Assembly (NCBI RefSeq): GCF_009914755.1 | Contig: NC_060925.1 | DNA length: 64,000 nucleotides | Direction: 5' to 3' (one strand) | Origin: the human T2T-CHM13v2.0 reference genome, Homo sapiens | Shown: piece by piece, positions 1-13,520 of the stretch | Layout of the letters: every line of letters starts with the position of its first letter | Numbering within the stretch: position 1 is the first letter of the stretch | The notes under the pieces: model-generated | Database searches by the model: none | Seen by the model: the letters and a program-made list of their open reading frames with translations, nothing else | Told to the model about the DNA's origin: nothing | Position numbers and translations under genes: made by a program

Positions 1-32
1 GCAGTTAGCTCATCTGATGGCCAGAGGAACGC

Positions 33-645
33 TGTGTCAGTCTGGGTGAAGACAAGAAAACAAGTGATTGGAATTTCAAACAGAGGGAATTGGTGTCAGA
101 GAACTGGTTAGAAATCTGTTAGAAAGCCTGAAGGAGCAAAGCTGGTAAAGTTGGGTAGACTAGAGATTAATAGATGCAAGAAGTTCTAACACTCCAAGAC
201 CTGGAGAATCAAAAGGGAAAGTGTCGCTAGACCCCAAAGTGCACTTGTTGCTAACACTACTGAAGCACTGCTTTTGCAATTATGCTAACAGAACTGCCAG
301 AGGTCACTGGGGCCTGCAGCTACCCAACTGCTGCCCCTCCATACCACCAACACTGCTGGAGCCTGGCAAGGAACCCACTACCACCACTGCTGGAAAGGCT
401 GAAGGTCTCCAAGCCCATAACTACCAGCTGCTGCCAGAGCCTCCAGCAGAAGCAGAGAGAACAATGGCTTCACCTCTCCTCCCACCATCCCCTCCCCAGG
501 CACACAATTTCCCACCTGTACTTCCCATTGACCAAATATGACAGGAAGCCAGCTGGCAAGAAGTGTCTGGGGAATGTAGTTTTCAGGGTCCAGAGTGGGA
601 AAGATAGAGTGGAGCTCAAAGCAAATAGGCAAATGACTAGTGCAA
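33..645. mobile_element. Old MaLR LTR (MLT1-type)
   Basis: Terminal segment cccattgacc...ggaagccagctggcaag...gggaatgtagtttt resembles MLT1L/M/N consensus ends. Confidence 0.6.
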
Positions 646-1206
646 ATACTATTGAACCTTTCAGCTAATGTGGGTACCTTAAAGGCCATATGTATTGGAC
701 ATTAGTTGAAACATTCAATAGTATTTGCACTCGTCATCTGCTTTATTTCTCCATTTTTCCCTTTCTATTTAACAATAGGCCCTGATTTCCTTTCCAGGAT
801 TCATGTATTTTCAGGAAGGTAACTTCCTTGGGTAGAGCAGGGCTGAGCCAAATCAGGGGACTCAATCCACTGGCCAGAATGATGGGTCAGAGTGGTCATG
901 TGAACTCAGCCAGTCCAATCAGAATGAATCTCAGGATTTTTGCTGGGAAGGCGGGCACATGGACTCCCTCTTACTTACTAATCACAATTAAGAAAACATG
1001 CAGGCCCTGGGAGCTGTTGACAATCCTATTGGGACAATAAGGGGAATGAAAACCAAGAAGAAAGAGTAGCCTGGATGACTAGAATTTTTTTTTTTTTTTT
1101 GGCACATATGTAACTTACATGCTGTAGCCACTGCTTAGAACTCCAGCACAGTTGATTGGGCTTATACTCCTCTGGGTATCTATTATCTATCAGAAAGCAA
1201 AACTGG

Positions 1207-1400
1207 AGCCAGGAGCAGTGGCTCAGGCCTGTAATCCCTGCACTTTGGAAGGCTGAGGGTGGAGGATCACTTGAGCCCAGGAGTTTTGAGACTCGCCTGG
1301 GCAACATAGTGAGACCCTGTCTCATAAAACAAACAAAAACAAAACAAAACAAAAAACCAACAACAAAAACAAAAAACAAGAACAACAACAAGAAAGCAAA
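1207..1400 (+). mobile_element. Alu left monomer (FLAM-like) with (CAAAA)n tail
   Basis: Single Alu arm followed by an A-rich microsatellite. Confidence 0.85.
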
Positions 1401-1520
1401 ACCATGCGAGACCAATTTACAAGCATCATGGAAAACTCTGGAAGAGAAAGAAAGTTCTTTCCCATTGTCACATCCTAGATAGTGGCTTTTAAATATTTTT
1501 TACTGTACTCTCAAGAGTAA

Positions 1521-1823
<303 letters not shown>

Positions 1824-3025
1824 CAGATAAACAGATTTTACACTGTAGCCAGTACACATGTCTATGTGTATATGATTGAAACAAAAAAAGTTTCATAGTA
1901 ATTTTCACAGTACCCTTGCTATGTGCAATTAATTCAAATTTTCAATTCCATTCCATTTTAAAAATAAAAGCTAGTTACAAACTTCTAAATAATTTCATGA
2001 TCTATTAATTATTTATGACCTGAAATCATATTTGAAACACATTGTCCATATTATACCATGCCATTATCAATTGCTGTAAAACATAACTCTTGATTGTAAG
2101 CATCCTAACCTTTACTAACTTTTCTGCTTCTTTACCCATATTCTGTCTTCCTTTACTCTGAGGGAAAGCCACAGTGTGCCAGCTCCTATCAGAGGCCAAC
2201 CTCTCCCCTGACCTGTGCTCAGGGTCCCAAGAACTTAACCTCTGCAGATACTCTCTTGTTTGCATTGTCTATTTCCTTCTGTCTACTGGAATATTTCATT
2301 TACTCACTTGCTCTAGAGTCTGTATCTTAAAACCAAAAACAAACCAACAAATAAAAACTTCCTCCTTTGGCCCTATTTCAACTCCTGCTTCCTTGAGTCA
2401 AACCAGAGTAGATATGGCTGAATGGGACAGGAAGCTGAACAGGGGTGTAGAGGTGAGCTCAGTAGAAGGGATGAGAAGCTTGGCAAGAAGGCAAGTAGTG
2501 AGTGTGGAAGGAAGAAGAGAAGGCATCGAAACTGATGTGATTGAATAGAAATCAGAAGTGGATTTTGACCCCAGAACTGCTTTCCTTAAGCCCCTCTCTT
2601 GAGCCTCCTTCTGCTCCCTGGCTCCCAAACCTCTGTTGGAGCCTGGACTCTGGAGTTGCGTTAAGCTTAGGTTCAATACCAGTCCTACCATTTCTGAGCT
2701 GGGCGACTTTGGAGAAATTACACGTCTTCTTTAAATTTTCTCATCTGAAAAAAAAATTATCACCTGTAAAATTAATCTAATAAAACCTGTCTCATTGAGT
2801 TGGTTTAAGGATTAAATGAGATCAACACATTTTAGCTCTTATTATTATCAAGGCCTTCCCCAGGCCATATACAAAACCTTACTCCCTATTTAATAATAAT
2901 TATCATAGAGATCACTTGTTGAAGAATTCCTCTGTGCCAGGCAAGGACCTGACAAACAGAGTTTCCAGGTCAAAAAAGATTCCCTGGTAGCTTCTCAATA
3001 CAGGGTTTTCTCCCTCTAATAACTT

Positions 3026-3327
<302 letters not shown>

Positions 3328-3897
3328 TCCCTCTAATAACTTAATGAACATTATATTATGGAATGTCTACCATGCACTAGAGAGTGGACTGGCTTACTTT
3401 CATTCATTCATTCATTCATTCAATGTTGTTGTTTAGGTACCTATTGTTAATTAAGTACCTATTATGGTACCAGGCACTTACCAGGGGCTGATAGTACCAT
3501 CATACACTTAGCCCTGAACCTTAAAGGACTTACAGTCTAGCCACAGTGTAAGTGCTATGTAAAGAGGGTATGTATTTGAGGTGTTCTTTCCTTGTGGCTT
3601 CCTTGGACTAGGCAACCCCACCTTTGGCTTCACACCCCGTGACTGACCATGGTTCTGATTTTTTTTTTGGCTTGGAACCCCATCTTCAGGACACACTTTT
3701 GAGTTCTCGCTCCCCATGTGACCAAGAGGATTAAGAGACGAGGTAACTTTTGCATTCCCATTCTCTCCCTGCCTGGAGTCCCCCTCCAGAGGAAAGGAAT
3801 TTAGCAGATGTACAAAAGGTAGATGGATAGCTGGTTTGGATTTTAAACAATCACACTTTTAATACTTCTCTGTCTTAATTCACTCATAGTCCCTTAA

Positions 3898-4215
<318 letters not shown>

Positions 4216-4436
4216 TGAACTTTTGCAGATCTTTTGTCTCTTTCTCTCTTTGTGGTATTACATACAACTTTCTTTGCATCTTTCACCTCTCTAGCTCAGA
4301 GAGGTTAAGTAAATGGAATGGGGACTCGAACTCAGGCTAACTTCAAAGCACATGCTGCAGACAATATTCCATGCTGCTTCCCAAAGTAGACCAATAGTCT
4401 AGACCTATGCTGTCTAATATGCAGTCATTCGCTACA

Positions 4437-4836
4437 TGCTATGGTTTGAATGTCCCTCCAAAACTCAAGTTGAAATTTAATTGCTATTTTAACAACGTTG
4501 AGAGGTGGAACACTTAAGAGGTGATGAGGTCACGAGGGCTCTGCCCTCATAAATGGATTAATGCATGGGAATGGGTTAGTTATGGAGGGAGTGGACTCCA
4601 GATAAAAGGATACATTTGGCCCCCCTCCCTCTCTCACATGCACACTTCCTCACCATGTGATATCTTCTGCCACGTTATGGTGTGGCAAGAAGGCCCTCAC
4701 CAGATGTCGAGCAAATGCTGGTGCCATGCTCTTGGGCTTTCCAGCCTCCAGAACCACAACCCAAATACATTTCCTTTGTTTATAAATTACCCAGTCTTTG
4801 GTATTTTGTTATAGCAGCAGAAAACTAACTAAGATA
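4437..4836. mobile_element. MST-family MaLR solo LTR nested in a MER3-like hAT element (~4405-5000)
   Basis: Starts tgctatggtttgaatgtccc and ends gcagcagaaaactaactaagata; 5-bp TSD ctaca/ctacc; flanks carry MER3-like gtggctagtggctactgtattg. Confidence 0.8.
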
Positions 4837-6402
4837 CTACCTGTAGCTATTTCAATGTAAACAAAATGAAAAATTCAATTTCTTGGTTGCACTAACCATC
4901 TTTCAAATGCTCAACAGCTACACGTGGCTAGTGGCTACTGTATTGAACAGCACAGATATAAAGCATTTCTACCACTGCAGAAAGCTCTGTTGGATAGTGT
5001 TGGTTAGATAAAGGTTCTGTCCTCTGACCTCTTTACCCTCTTTTCCTTTATTTATTCTCAGGAAGTGGACAGACATTGTTTAGTCTGCCTAATCCTTTAC
5101 TCCTACTTTTCTGAGAAGTGTTACTCTATCCTCTACCCTCCAGCATACCTTCATTCATAGAGTTACAGTGGATACAACCATGTTTATGCATGACCCTGTC
5201 CCCCTTTCCATAATGATACTTGATTCAGTGGTGGACATTTGGCCAAAGCTAGCTCTAACAAGAGCTCTTCCTCCCAGAAATTTGAAATTGAGCCTAAGAA
5301 TCTAGTCACCTGGATGATTTTTTGAATGGAGGCAACTTGGGACTAATTGGTTACCATGTTTTATATGACATGGATTGGGAAAACTGGTCTTCAGAATGAT
5401 AAAGCAATGACAAAATGGTTACACATATTGGGGAAAGTTGGATCTAGGTGTTCAAAGGATGTCAGGACTCTGTCTCCCTCTCTGTCTGAATTCTGCCTTC
5501 CTCTGTGATGTCTTCATTCTTAGAAAGGCTCTTTCCATGAAGCAAGAATAATGGCTGCCCTCAGTTCCTCATAGCTCAAGATCTCCAGAAGAAAAATCCT
5601 GTCTTTCTTATATATTTCAAATCTTTAGAAGGGCTTTTCTTAGCTTAGTTTGGGTGATGTGCCCATCTCTTCAAAAACTGTGATCTGTTTTAGCAAGGTT
5701 TCCTAGAAAACAAAGCCGGAAGAAGGGATTAAGTGCTAAAGCTTTATATGAGGGGCACAGCCATGGAGTAGTGAGAATTAAGGATAAGAGAAAGTGGGAA
5801 AACATGAGAAGCAAGGGAAGGAAATGTTTGCTGGCTACTTCACAATGAGCTGTAGCTAGTCTCTTGACAGGCGCACCCACTTGGCCATGGAGAATGTCTC
5901 TCTAGACAGGTTGTATGGAGAAATTTTATCTTGAAACAGCTCATTAGAGGAAGGAAGGGAAGAGTGGATTGTTATAGCCAGCTCCTTCCTGTCTCCCATT
6001 GATCAGTTTGCTCTGTGGGTAGCTAAATCCTCTGTAGTAGGTTGCTTCACTGGCTCCTTCAGCAGCTGCTCAGGAAGCCAAATCCCACGCTCTGTGAGGT
6101 GGTGTTTCATCAGGGTCTGGAAGTTGCAGGAGAAGCCATAGACTCCATGTTTGTAACTTGATGGCCTCAAGCAACAGAACTGTGAGACCTCGCTTAGATT
6201 TGGTCAGCTATGTCTGTTGTTGAGGTGGACCAAGTGGCTAATTGTCTGGGAGCCAAATTACCCTGAGAGGCTATGAGGAGGTACTGGGCCAAGATGTGGG
6301 AGATCGCTGATTGGTCAGACTGGGTCATGTTCCTACTCCTGTGGCTAATGGGGTACAGAAGATGTGCTATGGTAGGATGCATCCTGTCCTCTTTCCCTTC
6401 AT

Positions 6403-6980
6403 GTTAGTTCAGAGTCTCAGGAAATCAAACGCCAAGACAGAATAAAATGCAATAAATTTATTATGAAAAACATAATTTATTAATATATATTATATATATT
6501 AATATATATAATTATTAATATATAATATAATTATATTATATATATTATATAATATAATATATATATTAATATATAATAAATAAAAAATTTATTATGAGAG
6601 GAAATGGAAGGGGAAGACTGAGAGAGCCATCGCACAGTGACGCAGGCCTGACCCTGAGTGAAGGACAGAGGGAAGGTGTTCAAGGTGGAAGTGTCTCAGA
6701 CTGCAATGAAGTTCTAAGGAAAGTTTGGCAAGGCCATTGAGGAGTCCTTGAGTCAAAGTCACCCATCGGAAGAGTATCACTTATCCCAGGAACAGTCCTG
6801 TCCTAAAATCCCCGTTGGGCTCAGTTATTGGCTATGAGCAGCGTATGGGAAGTAAGACCTCGGAGTAAAGGGCAATGGATTTCAAAGCTCAGGATGGATT
6901 TCAGAACTCAGCAGCTGGACTGCTGGTAAATTACAATTTCCTCAGTCAGAGATCTGAGAAGCACATTCTCATGGCCACAC
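6403..6980. mobile_element. ERVL LTR (LTR16-like) interrupted by an AT-rich tract
   Basis: Motifs acgccaagac, gactgcaatgaagttctaaggaa and cattctcatggccacaca resemble LTR16-family sequence. Confidence 0.55.
6454..6597. repeat. Near-pure AT low-complexity tract
   Basis: ~140 bp of A/T bounded by the direct repeat aaatttattatga. Confidence 0.9.
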
Positions 6981-7053
6981 ACCCTCCCAGCCTAGCCAAT
7001 ACATAGATGAAGAAGGATAAATTCTACAACCTTTAAAGAAAAAAAAAAAAAGT

Positions 7054-9458
<2,405 letters not shown>

Positions 9459-9765
9459 GCGCTGCTTTTCTTTTAGGCCAAAGGTACACAATGAGATAGA
9501 GAGGTGTGGCTTAAGGAAGTCCAGCTGGCTGTCTAGACAGGTTCTGTTATACAGTGCTATAACCTTAAGGAATTTACCATGATACAAGAACTGATGTTTA
9601 ACCTTGCAAACTCAGAAACCTAATTTTAATAGTAAGCAGAAAGTTGAACCATTTCCTGGGGGTAGGGGGTGTCTTGTATTTGCCAAGCTCACAGAAACTT
9701 TTATATAAAGAGGAATCTAACTGATTAGTTACAATGAAAAATACAATGATCAAAAGAACTAGAAT

Positions 9766-9779
9766 CCTCTAGGTGGCAG
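9766..9779 (+). promoter_or_regulatory. Candidate CTCF site
   Basis: CCTCTAGGTGGCAG matches the CCASYAGRKGGCRS core at 13 of 14 positions. Confidence 0.5.
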
Positions 9780-10233
9780 ATCACTTAATTCTGTCCCTAT
9801 CGCCAAGACACTTGCTGGGTGAACATAGAGGAAAGCATGTTGATCTTAAGAAGTATTTCTTAGCTGAGGCAGTCTGAGATATTCCCATCCACTACAGAGA
9901 TGACACGGGCAAGGAAATCCTAATGCTCAGTGTGGCTTAATTGAGATGAGGCTTAGAGGGGCAATGGTAGTGCTAGCCTTTGTGACTGCCTTGTTTTGGG
10001 CTGCCATGGCTGAGCAAGCCCTTTTGTTCACAGAATCTCTCTCCAAACAGGGTACAGAATGGCTGACGAGATTGATTAGGTTCCATTTATTAAATTACAA
10101 TATCTACCTTCTTCAGGTTCCTCCCATATGCCCTTTATCAGAGTTTGTTTTGTTTTGTTTGGTCATGTTTGTAAAAAAGGTCTTGGCTTACCCCCATGGA
10201 TAGCTAATTTCATGGTTGTATTAGTCTGCTTAG

Positions 10234-10774
<541 letters not shown>

Positions 10775-11569
10775 GGTTCATGCCATTTCTACTCATATTT
10801 CATTGGTCAAAACAAGGCCAAGCTTGACGACATTAGGGTGAGAAGTCTTTCACCCTAATCTCCTAGGGACAGGCCAGATAGCAACGGCTTTAGAAAGGGA
10901 AGGGCAGAGGCTATTGATAATAAAGACTATAGCAAGGACTAATATTAGGCTTATATGTATCAATTGACTGTTATCAGTTATAACATTGACTATTAAAATA
11001 CTGAAATATTCTAGTACTACCTGGTAAATAGCTGCTGTCCCAAACCTCCTGACCACTCCCTTCCCCTGGGATCCCTTGGGACCTCCTATTCACAAACCAG
11101 CAACTGAAGGGTTAACACCTAGCACAGACGTATACCTCCAGGATCCTAGCTGCATTTCTAATTCTGCTTCATCTATGCTTGAGCACTACTTGTTGTTAAA
11201 TATACTTAATATCACTCTTAGCTAATTTCCTCTATGTAGATTTTTATTTATTTCTGAGGGCAACCCAACTTCCAGGCTCTTGGAAGGAAATAGACTGCAG
11301 CCCCTAAGTGTGATCAATACTTAATTATAACAATAATCACTAATAATAACTTGTGCTGCTTCATTGTAACTAAATGTACACTTTTACATTTTTTGGCAAG
11401 CATAGTATATGCAATAAGTACTCAATAAACATCTGTAGAGAGACTTATTTAGCTTTTTTCCATTAGCTACATCTGTCTCTACAATCTCAACATACTATTC
11501 TCTTGAATCTGTTTTTAATTTTATGCCATTTTTCATGTCTGAAAATGTCATTATAAGTAACTTTTTTTT

Positions 11570-13260
11570 TTCTGAGACAGGGCCTCGCACTGTCGCCCAT
11601 GCTAGAGTGCAGCGAGACACTCGTAGCTCTTACCAGTAACTTCTTTATAACACTTTTGCAATTTACGAAGCACTCTCACATTATTTCATTCACTCTCCCC
11701 AACATTACCAAAAGTTAGGAATTAGATCTTTTTACAGATGAAGGAATTGAGACTCCCTGAAGTCAAGTGTCTTATAGTTAGGTTTTGTTCATTCATTCAT
11801 CAAATAGAGTGCCTGATGTGAGATTTATTGAAACTGGATTTGAAAACAATTTTCCTGAATTCAAGTCGAGGGTTTACTCCACTATTCTCAATTACTTTAT
11901 CACCAGGGTTATAAACCCAAAGGAAGTGAGTAACAACAGTGTGATTTTATTGAGGACCCATGCAACACTAGTCTCAGAAAGGCTCCAGTGTCATTTGTAA
12001 AATTCAAGGTTACCATCAGCAGAGGCAGTCATTCCTCTCTGCGCTTGTTACCTAATGCACTAACTCTCACTGTAGGTAATTCCATTCAAGACACATTTGA
12101 TGACTATACCTACAGGTTTTGAAGTTATTCGGATGGGGTTTTGACACTTACTAGCTGTGGGGACTTAGATCAAGTTACTTAACCTTTTTGAGCTTCAGTT
12201 TTATCATTTGTAAAATGGATACAATCCTGATGCCTTTGGACCAAGTGGTCACGGAAATGAAAGAGATAAGTATGAAAAAATCCATGCTCATAGTAGCTGT
12301 GGTTTCCAACTGCGTGATAAAACTTTAAAATCTGCATTCAAATAAGAACAACTATGTCGACGTAAGGTTACAAGCTAACTATTCTTGGTAAGTACTGTTC
12401 TTTATTCTAGAGGACATCACTTTACAGTTTGGTGCTAAATGCTCTTTTATGAATTTAAGGTGCCAGTAGCTGTCTACTTGAACGGCATGCTTAATCTGGA
12501 ACGCCATGTCGACCTTCATCCCCCAGTTCTTTCTCCCCAAATTAAAAACACAAATACACACACACGCCCCTACTTAGTTCCTAAAACTCAAGGGCACGCG
12601 CACACACCTACTTATTTCCTAAAATTCAAGCTCGCACCAAGGAGATCCACAAGGATAGGCAGGGTGGTGGAGGTCACTGGGCAGCGCCTCCGGATCCCCC
12701 GAAAGGGGGCGGGGTCAAAACTCAGATCTCGAGCTCCCGAAAGGGGGCGGGGTTAAAACTCTCAGATCTCATTCCGCCTCCCTCTGTCGTCGCCCCTTCC
12801 CAATTCTCGCGAGACCTCAAGGAGCACAGCTTCTGCGCACCGCACGATACTGGGAGTCCAGGCGCCAAGGGAGGGGGAAGGGAAAAGGGGAAACGGTGCA
12901 AACGGCGTGGCCGCCATCTTGCTTGTGCCCCCGCTTCGCGCGCGCTCCGTTCTCCGTGACGCACACTTCCCCCTCCCCTCCGCCGCGCCTGGGCCTCTGC
13001 ATTGCCCGACTCCGTAGGAGCGCGGGGGCGGCTCCTGCTCTTCCTGGACTCCTGAGCAGAGGTGTGTGAGTGTGCGGGAGTTTCTGTGCGAGGGTGATAG
13101 GGAAGCGGCGGCGGGGGGAGGGGCAGCGCTTCCCGCCTTCGCCAGAGACCTCACTTCCTCGCGCGGCCGCTGCTGTAGCTCGGTCCGTCCTGCCCGCCGC
13201 CATGTTGTGCTCTTGCCTGGCCCGCTGCTGTCGCCGCCGCCGCGCTCGTGGGGTCCGTGT
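11570..13260 (-). ncRNA. NFYC-AS1: Antisense lncRNA overlapping NFYC exon 1; boundaries approximate
   Basis: Existence is recalled from annotation of the locus. Sequence support: three CCAAT boxes on the minus strand just upstream (13293-13371) and a minus-oriented YY1 motif downstream of the presumed start. The ends are not determinable from sequence. Confidence 0.5.
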
Positions 13261-13520
13261 GCCTCGTCGGCCCGGCCCGCGGGCTTTCTCCCATTGGCGG
13301 AAGGCGACGGCGGGGGGGCTCGCTCGTGATTGGTCGGTGGCGGGGAGGCCGCGGACCTGGCACCTTATTGGACGCGCCAGCTCCGGTCTAGGGGGTGATG
13401 AAGGAATCTGAGGCTGCGGGGATGCGCGCGTCTTGGGCTAGGGCGGCTGGGGCAATGACCCCCTGCGGCGCAGGCGTGGGGTTGCGGCGAGAGGGCGAGC
13501 CTAGAGGCTTTAAGGGGGAA
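12650..13520. promoter_or_regulatory. CpG-island bidirectional promoter (P1) of NFYC
   Basis: Abrupt CpG/GC enrichment. Two GC boxes GGGGCGGGG (~12706, ~12744), palindrome TCTCGCGAGA 12805-12814, YY1 motifs CCGCCATNTT 12911-12920 and 13197-13206, GTGACGCA 12956-12963, E2F-like TTCCCGCC 13130-13137, and ATTGG at 13293, 13329 and 13367. Confidence 0.92.
12898..13061 (+). other. NFYC: NFYC non-coding exon 1 (major 5' UTR exon); start approximate
   Basis: Lies in the CpG island, ends in CAGAG|GTGTGT and contains no ATG. The join CCTGAGCAGAG+TTGTCGAGATG matches the NFYC mRNA leader as I recall it. The TSS cannot be fixed from sequence alone. Confidence 0.8.

Noticed and set aside
221-689. Three overlapping 100-130 aa ORFs
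   Set aside because: They lie within a decayed MLT1 LTR and show no protein similarity or exon signals.
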